Part shown: piece by piece, positions 41,464 through 53,561 of the stretch
How the letters are laid out: every line of letters begins with the position of its first letter
How positions within the stretch are numbered: position 1 is the first letter of the stretch
Assembly: GCA_951406725.2 (NCBI GenBank)
Contig: OX597832.1
Location: 2,294,001-2,358,000 of the forward strand
DNA: 64,000 nt
Direction of reading: 5' to 3'
Source of the DNA: Octopus vulgaris
Lineage: Eukaryota
Notes under the pieces: model-generated
The model's input: the letters and a program-made list of their open reading frames with translations, nothing else
Databases searched by the model: none
Told to the model about the DNA's origin: nothing
Translations under genes and position numbers: made by a program

Positions 41464-42352
41464 CTAAAATAGAAAAATATTTTCATGTTAAAAAAACAAA
41501 ATAAATTCTGTAAATCTTAACTGCTGATTAAATAAATAAAATTGTTAATTAATCTATGCAAGTTTAGAAATTTCAAATATCTTTCAGAATTTCCTCTTCA
41601 GCAAAAGCAGTTGAAATTGAAATCACTTATTTATACAACACTTTCTTTCGCCGTCCAAGAATTTGGACCTGGAGATCTCCATTTCCAGCGACTTCGGGGG
41701 CCATCTCCCAGTGGTGTCGGGCGTCAATGAAGAGCCATCGACTACAAGACAACCAAAGTTTTTTTGTTTTCCAAGGTCTGGGGTCTCCCGCCCCTAAACT
41801 CTAGACCATCACCTAACCCGTCTTGTTGCTTAACAACAACAACACTTTCTTTCAATTATTAACAATATAATTTGTGGTAGCCAAAACAAATAAAGCTAGT
41901 ACTGACATGCATGTTGTTGTTTAGCCCTAGGTCAACTCTGACTGAACAAACCTATGATCAAAAACATAAACATGACCCCCATCTTTTTAGGGATATCAAA
42001 TTACAGTATTTAATATGCCTTTCCTTTTTTTACAACAATAGGGTAAAATTTGAGAGACTTGGTTATTATTTCTAGCAGATCAAGCAATCATCTAGAAACA
42101 CCTTTGTTAGCTCATGATCTGCATGTTAATTACATGGAGTATACTCTAAGCATTTTGTAAATATTATACATTCACTTTTTTTGTATTATCACTATCAGAA
42201 AATACAATATTTTAAATTTTTATTATAAATATAATGATTTTTTTTTATATAACTTACATTAATGTTATATATCAAACATTGTATAATCATTTATACAGCA
42301 CTGGATGCATTGAGCAGTTAAAGAAGTAAAAGAATACCAATAATCATAAATC

Positions 42353-43209
42353 AGATCTTTTCCTTTCCATGGGCAGCTCAATTAATAAATTTTCTTTAAC
42401 TAAACACTTTGAAACTTTGTATACTGTCATATAGAACATCTTTCACTCTTAGCTTTGTTGAGAAAAGTTTCTATTTACGAAGTTATTTCATGTTAAAGTT
42501 GTCATATTTCGGTAATTTCAACTAATCAATGACATGTATTCAGCTGAACAAATTTACTGCTGTTGTTTGTCAACAACAACTATTGGCGGTGTATGTGCGT
42601 TTGTACTGGTTTTGGTGTTAGGGTTAGGCTTGGGGTTTTAGGATTATGGTTAGGGTTAGGGTTTTAGGGTTATGGAATAAAGTGAAAAATGAAGAAATTG
42701 GAGAGGGAGGGATAAGGGGGGAAAACCCAAAATTTCAAAATTCCAATTTTTGGCAATTTTCCAGAATCTCTGTATCCGAAAAGCTGGTTTTTTGGAAAAA
42801 AAAAAAAAATTGAAAAAGAAAAAACAATAATTTGCGAGAAAATGATGGGGGGAGTCTTTCCGAAAATAGTAGCTGAAAAACAGGAAAAAAAACCTAAAAG
42901 CAGAAGAAATGCACGAACAATTGTGATGGTGTCATGAAGTAAACGTGCTTCAGATACACTCGTTTATTCATACAAGTGTAACTGAAATGAAATATGTCAT
43001 AAATAACAGTGACAAATGAAATATACACCGCCAAAAGTAGTTAACAAACAACAGCAGTAACGACAACTTTAACACAAAATGACTTCGAAAATACAAACTT
43101 TTCTCAACAATGCTAAGAGTAAAATATGTTCTATATGATACATTCTACCAGTGTCCGAAGTTTGAAAGTATTTAGTTAAAAAAAAAAATTAATCAAAAGG
43201 AAAAGATCT
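42353..43209. mobile_element. Foldback MITE with long (~250 bp) TIRs, 8-bp TSD cataaatc and internal TTAGGG-like repeats
   Basis: cataaatc|AGATCTTTTCCTTT ... AAAGGAAAAGATCT|cataaatc; arms homologous over ~250 bp; ttagggttagg tract at 42617-42675. Confidence 0.88.
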
Positions 43210-44216
43210 CATAAATCTTTGTGTCTATCTGTCTCTCTCCTCTCTTTCTCTCAGGTATTATATATAAATAAATATTTTAAAATTTTAATACAGAAGATGG
43301 AGTGTAACTAGATGAATTTATTAGCACAACAATCATTTTGGCTTCATTCTGTACTGCTTCCTAGTGGGCATGGAATGATGTACTAATACCAGATGCAATG
43401 CACAGTAAAAAAGAACCTTGTCAAGTGATATAAGATGCTTCACAAGTTCCCAGATTTACATTTTATTTTCGCTTCAAGTTATATGCTAATGGTGTGATTC
43501 AACAGTTCAGACACATTTGGTAGCGTGAGGAAGTTGTTGTCAGGAAGAAAATAAAATAATAAAAACACAAAGTATTTAATATGAATAGGGGTGGGTATGT
43601 TTATATTTGTGGTCAAGAAGTCATTGCTAAAAAATAAAAAATTAAAATTACAAAGAATCTACTGTATATGGCATTAGATTGAATGGCTCTAGCATGCGTA
43701 AACATTCGGTGGCTGGCTAGGAGTCAAGCATAACACCATGGTCAGATTCCAGTCTTTAGACTTTGTAGCTACCAATACCTACTCACACGTACAGACAAAC
43801 AGATACTCACACACATACATGTGTATACGTGTGTGCACATGCCTGTATACATTCATGCATACATGCACCCACTCACACGCATACACATCACCAGACACAT
43901 TCACTCATTCATGTACACAGACATACACTTACCCATATACACAGTGGTGTCAATCTGCTCGTGTACATATACACATCCCTCTATATTTACATGCCCCCCC
44001 CCAACATACACACAGAGTAGAATGAAGGCAAAATGATTGTTGTGCTAATAAACGCAAATCCAATGATGAACGCACAGTACCGCTGATAATGCCTGGTAGC
44101 CATAAGTGGTGAACATGCTCTGCAAGCACACTGCCTGGGACTTATCTTGAAACAAGGTTTGAATACTGCATTTAACACTTACTTTCTAAACCTTAATTCT
44201 TTAATTCTAAATTTGT

Positions 44217-44284
<68 letters not shown>

Positions 44285-44289
<5 letters not shown>

Positions 44290-45362
44290 TAAATAAAATA
44301 TATATATAGGCATACATACATGTACATGTACATACTATATGTATATATAGGTACAGGATGTCACAAACTTTTTTTTTGCAAACAAGAGAAACAAATGGAA
44401 AACAACATAAGTAACATAAAGAACAACCCTTCATCAGTTGTCGGCTGTTTCTCTACTCCACATTTCGAGCAATTCATGACAATATGTGCCTTTGAGAAAA
44501 CAGTTGCTCCCTCAGACCAAAAAAAATTTGGGATTTTGCGGAGGGTAAAAGTTGGTAACAAAAACAGGACAGTGAAATAAATAGTGAGGGCCACGGGGTA
44601 AGGTGCTGAGAAACATTCCTTGACAGGAGAGGAGACAGACAAGAATACGTCTGGTCTGTGCAACAGGCCGAAAGAAAAGAAAGATGAACATGTGTGGAAA
44701 AAAAAAGATGGACAATGTTCACGTGTGAGCAACGAGAGTAAATTGGAAGAGGGACAGATAGAAAATGGTGAAGAGGAGAAAAAAAAGAATTAGAGAAAGG
44801 ATGAGAAGGAAAAACTTAAAGGGAGAGAAAGGGAGTTTCTTTTTTTCTCCCTTTCGTTTTTTAACCTCTCATCCTTTCTCTAATTCTTTTTTTCTCACTG
44901 TTTTCTATCTGTCCCTCTCTCTCCCTCTTCCTCTTTTAATCTCTCAATGCTTACACGTGACCATCGTCCATCTTTTTTTCCACACATGTTCATCTTTCTT
45001 TTCTTTCAGTCTGTTGCACAGACCAGACGTATTCTTGTCTGTCTCCTCTCCTGTCAAAGAATGTTCCTCAGCATTTGCCACCTTACTCTGTCTGGCTTAG
45101 CAGCCCTCACTATTTGTTTCACTGTCCTGCTTTTGTTACCAATTTTGACCCACCGCAAAATCTCAAATTTTATTTTAGTTTGCGGGAGCAACTGTTTTCT
45201 CAAAGGCACATATCACCAAAATAAAAGTTTGTCTTCGTATTTCATGTTTTCATATTTCATGTTGTTTACGTATTGTGATGTCCTGTACCCATATAAACAT
45301 ATATATGTCAGTATGTATATGTATGTATGCCTATATATATATATTTCATTTGTATTATTATA
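44285..45362. repeat. ~1.1-kb imperfect palindrome (fold-back), centre ~44835
   Basis: e.g. tgacaggagaggagacagacaagaatacgtctggtctgtgcaacag (44621-) is the reverse complement of ctgttgcacagaccagacgtattcttgtctgtctcctctcctgtca (45011-). Confidence 0.92.
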
Positions 45363-45401
45363 TGACTGAACGCTACACATCCATTTCCAAGTAGGTTTGA
45401 C

Positions 45402-45435
<34 letters not shown>

Positions 45436-46854
45436 ACAATAACAACAATGTAACCTTCATATGATTAAGGTATCTTCAGCTTGATGAGTAGCTAGTGGAG
45501 TACCCCTCATTGAGTAATTATTACTTTTGAGGATCTACTAGATAGGAAACATGTAGACTGGATTTTACCTGCTCCGCCTTCTCAATTTGGATTTTTATTT
45601 GCATTCATAGCAAACCTATTTGCCAACCATGAACTATAGAAATGCTCTTTTCAGTTTATTGAGTTTTGATGTGGGAAAAGCCTATAACCTTTGATGTCAA
45701 TAAATTATTATTGTTCCAGAAAGTTGTTTTTTTATACCTACCATAGATTGCTCAAAGTTTACTAACTTTCTACACCTAGATCCTTGGATTTTACAATTAT
45801 ATAGCAATATATATATACATGTATATAACTATTTATCAGACAAAGCAAGCGATACAGGAACATGGTTGTGAATACAGTGTGTCTGTGTACACATTTTACC
45901 ATGGTTCTTATGTACTAGAATTTGTAGCTAAATAAAATTTTACATAAATATATTCTCACCTTGTTGAACTTCAAAACATTAACATTGAAGACATTTTTAC
46001 ATAGAGACCAAAATATCTCCAATGTCAGCAAGAATAGATCTTCTGTGATCAGATCATTTTCATTTGTTTTACTTCAGATAGCATAAAAAAATCTAAGACA
46101 TTTGTTATCACCAATCAATATATCCAAGTATGATCATTATATTCAACATATTGTACAAACACTTTTACGCAGAGATAGTTTTATGAACCTTCTAGTTACA
46201 CTGCTTTTATAACTTTTCTCTTTTGATGAGACATAAGACCATTTGATTTTAAGTGAAGCAGATAGTCAATTAAAATGGTTTTAAATATCTTACTGGTCAT
46301 TATTATTATTTTCAAACTAAGCGGGATGGAACTGAAGTGATTTCATTTTAACACTACTTTTTAATATTGATTTCAAATTTTAGCACAAGGCCAGCAATTT
46401 CGGGGGAGGGGGTAAGTCAATTACATTGACCCCAGTACTCAAATAGTACTTATTTTATCAAAACCAAAAAAATGAAAGGCAGAATTGACTTCAGTGAAAT
46501 TTGAACTCAGAACATGAGGATGCATGAAATGTCACTATGTATTTTGCCTGGCATGCTAAGGATTTTTCTAGTTCACCACCTAACTATTTTTTAATACTGG
46601 CAATATAAAATAACACTTATATTGTATCAGTAAAAACTGTTGCTCATTCTTAAGAAAAAATATTCATCAAATGAATAAACAAATAATTTAAGAGAAGAAA
46701 TTTCAAGAATGTATTGAAATTTCAAGAATGTATTTCCAAGTTATAAATCAGAACCTGGACCTTTAAAAGAAAAATGACTTGGTTAATAGAGAAATCTTGT
46801 CTTCATTATCATTCATTAAATCTAGATTCAGAAAAACCTTAGAAAAAAATTTAC

Positions 46855-46934
46855 TTCTTTTGTATTACAGTTCTCTTGTTTAGTTGTAATATCTGGATGG
46901 AGAGAAAAATCAGGGCCAAAATATTCCAAATATT
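46855..46934 (-). CDS. HDAC3: Histone deacetylase 3 exon (EYLEYFGPDFSLHPDITTKQENCNTKE)
   Basis: ttttttcag| acceptor and |gtaaat donor; phase 1/0; EYFxPDFxLHPD motif. Confidence 0.95.
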
Positions 46935-48892
46935 CTGAAAAAAAAAAATTCAATACATTAGACACAAATAAAAAAAGTCTTAATTTCAGAATTCTAACAC
47001 AAAAAATACAAAACACAAGAATATGCTTGATGTTCAGCCATTCCCACTCCAATAAGTAAAAGTATTTTAAAACAGTTTCAAAATAATGAAAAGAACAACT
47101 CTTACTATATAATAAAAACAATTTAATCTTAATGCGTGAAATACTTCAATATCTAAAAGCAATCTTTGTTATAAACCTATCTGAAGGATTCTATTTTCAT
47201 TAAATTTCATTTTTCATTTTCTTTCTTTTATACAACCTGTAACTCTCTCTTGGCTCTTGGCATATAATGGTGAAAAGCGATGGACTGTGTACAAAGTTTA
47301 GAAAAAGAAAACATTTTGTTTCTTATTTTAATCAATAATCTTTGAAAAGAAATGTTGGATATCTTAACTTTCAAATACATAGACACACAAAAAATTAAAC
47401 AGAGGAGAGGAGACACACAAAAAATTAAACAAAAACAATGTTTTTGTTGGTTAATACAGAACAAGGAGAGTGGTGCACAATGATCAGAATTAACTTTTCT
47501 GGTTGAATACTATCACTCAAATACTATCCTTGTTTAAGTTGTAGTGTGTACATGAAGGGATTCCAATCCCTTCCATGTTAGCTGGTAGGCCACAGCAGGA
47601 TTTGAACTTGGAATGCAAACAGCTGAAACATATACCACAAGTCTCCTGTCTTATATTCTTACAATTTCACCAGTTCACTCCACTCCACTGCTCTAAACTG
47701 GTATTTCATTTATTAAGCCCAAAGAATGAAAGGAAAAGTCAATCACAGCAAGATTTGGTCTCAGAATGCAAAAAGCCAGAGTAAATACAGAGTAAAGACA
47801 TTTTTTTTACAACACTCCAAACACTTCTGTCAATTTGATGCCCTACAGTAAATTATAATAATGTATTCATAAAGAAGAGTAATGCAGTACATTTATGAAT
47901 TTGTTTTGCAAGATTTCTGATGAGAAACTGTGTTGAAACAGATATTGTTATATTTCAGGATTTTTTTTTTTGCCAAATTAACACACACACACATATATTT
48001 GTTCTTCCCTCATTTATTACTATTCTTTTTTTGTCTTATGTCCATTGTTTGCAAATTTTTCGTTACACATCTGTGACCTTTTCAACGAATTTTTCCATTC
48101 ACATGTATCCTACTGCTCCTCTTAGTCTATTATGTTCTTCTATGAATGTTTGGATTACTCAAATGCTATCCTTGGTTAAGTTGTAGTGTGTACATGAAGT
48201 GATTCCAGTCCTTTCCATGGACTAAGTGGACCAGGAAGATACACAGGGACAGAAAGGGTTGCTGATGAGGTCATAGATGTGTGACAAAAGATTTCCAAAC
48301 AATGGACATAAGACAAAATAAGAATAGTAATAAATGATTGAAGAACGAATATATAGTGTGTGTGTAAATTTGTAAATGGCTATCTCAAAATAAAACAATA
48401 ATGTAGTAATTAATAATTTATACATTCAGTGCACACATGAGTCTGTTAGAGGTAAGATATTTGCGTAATATAAAATTCCTGTACACACTGATTGCTAACA
48501 AATAGAGAACACATGACATCAACTCCATAGATCTTGTGTATTTATCACTATTTTTCAAACAAGAAGAGAGCCTAAAAGCTCTGCAGAAACTCATTCCTCT
48601 TATTCTAACTATATAAAAAAGACATATTCTAACCAAAGGAAACATACCAATGTAAAAATCCCAGGCCATCATTTCAGCACACAATTCAATTAGCTTCATT
48701 TTAACCAAAGTGTAAACAGATACCACTTTACTTCCCAAGATAGTTTAAAATGGCATTAAAATCTTTGTACCACAAGTTCATAAAATTGTCCACATTTGAA
48801 GAACAATCAAATTCATAGAAGTAAATATTAAACATTTTCCTTAACTTCTAATTAAACATTACTTTATGATAAGCATTAAATGGAATACTTAC

Positions 48893-49041
48893 CATTGTAT
48901 GGCAAGTCATTATTAATTTCATCATCCAACAAAACTGATGTTTCATAAGTCCAACAGCGAGCCACGTTCCTTTTTGTGTATCCTCCTCCACCTAATACTA
49001 ACATTGGTAGACCATAACCTTTCACAACTCGAACACACTCA
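48893..49041 (-). CDS. HDAC3: Histone deacetylase 3 exon ([49 protein letters not shown])
   Basis: GGGGYT catalytic Tyr motif and [11 protein letters not shown]; tttcag| and |gtaagt; phase 2/1. Confidence 0.97.
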
Positions 49042-51290
49042 CTGAAAGGTAATTTTTAGCAACAAGTTCATAAAATATAAAAAACTGAGTTTCATTAGAA
49101 GATAAATTAATAGTTTTTATATGCATACAACTAATTAAAGTTTTGAATATAAAAATTTGTTACTGACTTAAAACTATACAATTTCTATGGATTTCAATTA
49201 AGTCAAAGTATGCAATACAACCTGAAAACCAAAAAAAAACATTAAATCTATCCTTTTCTCAATATGTGTGTGTGTGTGTGTGTATTATATGAAAATATTT
49301 TAATTCTCTGTCAGCAGAATCTTCTAATAGGAGATATCTTACATGTTTTTCTATGTGTATATTTATGTGACTACTATTAGGCAATGAAATATATGTAATG
49401 AGAAATAAATAATATCAAATTTTTCCAGTTTTCTGTTTTGATACACACACACAGACACACACACATGTATGTATGTATATGCATAAATACATTATTATGT
49501 ATTATGTATTTATGTTGTTCATAACAACAAGGCTTTCACAAACAACAAGGCTATCCCAATATTTCAAGAAGTGGAGATTTTATATGACTAGTTCACAGTT
49601 AATCTTTCAATTGTAGATGAGCTTGTTCACAACAAATAATGATCAAGATCACTAGAGCTACAGCCTCCAAGACAGGTTAGAAAACCATGTCTCACTTGTA
49701 TGCTTTGATTTTGCCTTGATTTCTACAGCTGAATGCTCTTCCTATCATCAACCTTTTTACAGACTGAACTGGGTGAATTTTATCATCTCACCAGTACTAA
49801 GGAGGTTGTCATGCCCTCAACAAAACTAAACAGTCCTTTCAACCAGTTGTCATCTTTCTGCTCATTTGCCAACCACTTCATAGAGTGTGCTGGAGACATT
49901 TCATCATGACCCCAACACTGGCAATGTTGCCTTGTCCACTCAAATCCAGAAGAGTTCTCGATACTCTATGGTGTGTTTGTTCATTCCAGTGAGAAGATTA
50001 ATAAAAAAAAAATGAAATATTTTAAATAAAACACTTTTAGTTTCATGGGAAACCAATAAAGCAATGCATTCATTCAAGAATAAATGGCTAAATGTATTCC
50101 CACTCTGGTTTTGTATCACATAGCCTGTTTGCTGATAGTGATCTGTTTGGCAATAAATCTTTATTCAGTATAATTTAGCACTTGCTGACAGGGAAAGATG
50201 CACAGTCAGCTATATTTTCAAAATACATTAAAATGTATTTTTCTTTATAAAGTGCTTTAGTTTTTGAAACCAATAGAATGTTCATAGCTGTGTGTAACAG
50301 ATCAATTGCTTGAAAGACCGAATAGTAGTTGCTTCTTGTTATTACTGATTTCTTTTCATTAGGCGGTCTTACAGAGGCAATGAAAGATCTTCAGATGTTG
50401 AGTCTCGTGGCGGTGATGACAAGTGAATGAGACATTTGGCAATTTGCTGTGCTTCAGAACTCACATCAAGCCAAGTGAAATTGTAGTCGTGGCCAGTGCC
50501 AGTAACACATAAAAGGCATCCATGCTTATGACACCTTAAAAGGCACCCATGCCGGTGACATATAATAGGCACCCATTACACCCAGTGGAGTGGTTGGTGT
50601 TAGGAAGGGTTTCCAGCCATAGAAACCAAGCCAAATCAGACTGGACCTGGTACAACATGGAAAATGAATGCTAAATGATGATGATAAAGAAGGATTTGCA
50701 ATGAAGGGAGAAACAAACATAGTTAACAGCCATAGAACTTAATGAAATATATGTATCAAAATACAAACTCTGTCAGTGACATGAGAAAAGTATCCACTAC
50801 ACACTGTAAAGTGGTTGGCAATAGGAAGGAAATCCAGTCATAGAAATCATGCCAAAGATCTTGTCGAACTGTCCAACCCATGCCAGCATGGAAAACAGAT
50901 GTTAAATGATGATGATGATAATGGTGCCCACAAGGTCTTTCTTCTTTAGTGATTAATTACATAAACTAAGAGAAGGAAACTAAACTAAGATTGAAAACAA
51001 ATAGTTAAGCCCTACTGCATTTAAAAGAACTTCCATCATAACAGGCAATGTAAGAAATTGACCAACTTATTTTACAATAAACACAAAAAAATAGAAAAAA
51101 CACAACATGAGAATTTAAATAAGATTAATGAGTGTATATTTTTCTTGATGTAGCTATTCCAATAAAAAAAGTAATCTTTTACAGTATCTCACAAAGTGAA
51201 TTTCAGAAATTCAAAAGGTCGGTAAAAATAAGTGCACCATTCTGATCAAGAAAACTAATAACAGCACATTTCCAAAAAGAAAATACATAC

Positions 51291-51355
51291 CCATGACCTC
51301 TGACACTTAAATTAAAACAGCCCAATCGATCACTTCCTAAGGAATCTGCACCACA
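51291..51355 (-). CDS. HDAC3: Histone deacetylase 3 exon ([22 protein letters not shown])
   Basis: GADSL Zn-ligand Asp motif; tttttag| and GG|gtatgt; phase 0/2. Confidence 0.97.
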
Positions 51356-51485
51356 CTAAAAAAGTTGGTAAAAAAGACAAAAGGTTTATACAAATTAATA
51401 TAAAATACACATATATCATCAGTATTTTTACCTATCTACTAACAGCATATGCATATGACGTATAATGTGTGTGTGTGCGTGTGAG

Positions 51486-51521
<36 letters not shown>

Positions 51522-51554
51522 CTTTATTTAAAGCAGCAGAAAATTCAACAAAAC

Positions 51555-51592
51555 CTGTTACTCTGAGTTTCCCGTTGCCGTTCATCAGATAG
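51555..51592 (-). ncRNA. Minimal type-I hammerhead ribozyme motif (slightly degenerate)
   Basis: Minus strand CUAU-CUGAUGA-ACG(GCAA)CGG-GAAAC-UCAGA-GUA-ACAG; canonical core with one mismatch each in stems I and II. Confidence 0.55.
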
Positions 51593-51601
51593 TTTTTGCT
51601 A

Positions 51602-51659
<58 letters not shown>

Positions 51660-51866
51660 CATCATCATCATCATCATCGTTTAGCGTCCGTTTTCCATGC
51701 TAGCATGGGTTGGATGGTTCTACTGGGGTCTGTGAAGCCAGAAGGCTTCATCAGGCCCATCAAATCTGGCAGTGTTTCTACGGCTGGATGCCCTTCCTAA
51801 CGCCAACCACTCCGTGAGTGCAGTGGGTGCTTTTTACGTGCCACCCGCACAGGTGCCAGACAGAGC

Positions 51867-51925
<59 letters not shown>

Positions 51926-51944
51926 ATGTATGTATATATATATC

Positions 51945-52593
51945 GGTGACACATGAGAAGCACCATCCGAACGTGGCCGTTGCCAGTGCAGCCTCGACTG
52001 GCTTCTGTGCCGGTGGCACACAAAAAGCACCATCTGAACGTGGACCGATGCCAACCCCGCCTCGAATGGCTTCTGTGCCGGTGGCACATAAAAAGCCCCA
52101 TCCCGGAACATCTCGCTGTGCTTGAGGAGACCTGTTGAGTCAAGTGCATGTACATGAACATCGAACCAAATATCAATGGAAACAGTAGTTGTGATACCTG
52201 TGCCGGTGACACATAAAAAGCACCATCCGAACGTGGCCGTTGCCAGTGCAACCTCCACTGGCTTCTGTGCCGGTGGCACATAAAAAGCACCATCCGAACG
52301 TGGCCGATGCCAGCACCGCTTTGACTGGCTTCTGTGCCGGTGGCACATAAAAAAGCACCAACCGATCATGGCCGATGGCAGACCCCTCTGGCACCTGTGC
52401 AGGTGGCACGTAAAAAGCAGCCACTACACTCGCGGAGTGGTTGGCGTTAGGAAGGGCATCTAGCTGTAGAAACACTGCCAGATCAGACCAGAGCCTGGGG
52501 CAGCCCCTGGCTCCCCAGGACCCCGGTCGAACCGTCCAACCCGTGCTAGCGCGGAAAACGGACGTTAAACGATGATGATGATGATGATGATGA

Positions 52594-52595
<2 letters not shown>
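51945..52595 (+). mobile_element. SINE with ~65-70-bp tandem minisatellite 5' array and (GAT)n tail
   Basis: Units gcaccatccgaacgtggccgttgccagtgcagcctcgactggcttctgtgccggtggcacataaaaa repeated ~5 times; similar arrays at 54405-54600 and 63550-63690. Confidence 0.85.
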
Positions 52596-52634
<39 letters not shown>

Positions 52635-52704
52635 TCCGTATATATATATATATATACATGTGTATATGTGTATATATGTATGTGTGTGTATGTATATATA
52701 TATA

Positions 52705-52748
<44 letters not shown>

Positions 52749-52985
52749 TATATATATGTATACATCTATATATACATATAGATGTATATATATATATATC
52801 ATCATCATCATCATCGTTTAGCATCCGCTTTCCATGCTAGCATGGGTTGGACGGTTCAACTGGTGTCTGGGAAGCCAGAAGGCTGCACCAGGCCCAGTCT
52901 GATCTGGCAATGTTTCTACGGCTGGATGCCCTTCCTAACACCAACTACTCCGTGAGTGTAGTGGGTGCTTTTTACGTGCCAGGAC

Positions 52986-53251
52986 TGTTTACAATGCTCA
53001 CTCGTGTGAGCCAAGAAGATACGGTGCTCGTTCCCGCTTCAAAGTGAGAGCTTCTCTGTGTGTAGGGTTTTCCCTGAGAGAAGTCGAGCCATGTCCGATC
53101 GCTAGCGCTGCTCTGCCAGAAAGACCGATTCAGTGGTCACACTTTCAGGTTGCAGTTCCTGCGCATGCCCATGAGGAAACATCCAGTGGCCAACCGGAAG
53201 TAATCCAATTCTGCGCATGTGCGCTGAAACTTACACAGTAGCGTCACTACA
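52986..53251. promoter_or_regulatory. CpG-rich segment with NRF1-like and ETS-like motifs; possible solo LTR
   Basis: tgcgcatgcc, tgcgcatgtgcgc and ccggaagt; TGT...ACA ends; no TSD found. Confidence 0.35.
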
Positions 53252-53384
53252 CATGCTTGTGTGTGTATGCAGGGGAGAAAATCAGGTGTAGTGTTGGTGA
53301 ATCTCATGTATATGTATATATACATATTTACATATATATCTGTGTGTGCGTGTGTATATATATACATATATATATATATGTATG

Positions 53385-53431
<47 letters not shown>

Positions 53432-53527
53432 GTATATGTATATATACATATTTACATATATATCTGTATATATATATATGTATGCATGTATGTATATGTA
53501 TATATACATATTTACATATATATATGC

Positions 53528-53561
<34 letters not shown>

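Noticed and set aside
42617-42675. Telomere or chromosome-fusion relic
   Set aside because: Short degenerate tract inside a TSD-flanked MITE.
44060-44150. Box C (ATGATGA) and CTGA suggesting a C/D snoRNA
   Set aside because: It is on the strand opposite the host gene and has no terminal stem or well-placed box D.
44430-44482. CUGAUGA and GAAAC motifs on the minus strand of the 1.1-kb palindrome
   Set aside because: The motifs could not be assembled into a hammerhead with consistent stems.
51945-52400. Regularly spaced repeats resembling a CRISPR array
   Set aside because: Whole units are repeated with no unique spacers, the context is a eukaryotic SINE, and there are no cas genes.
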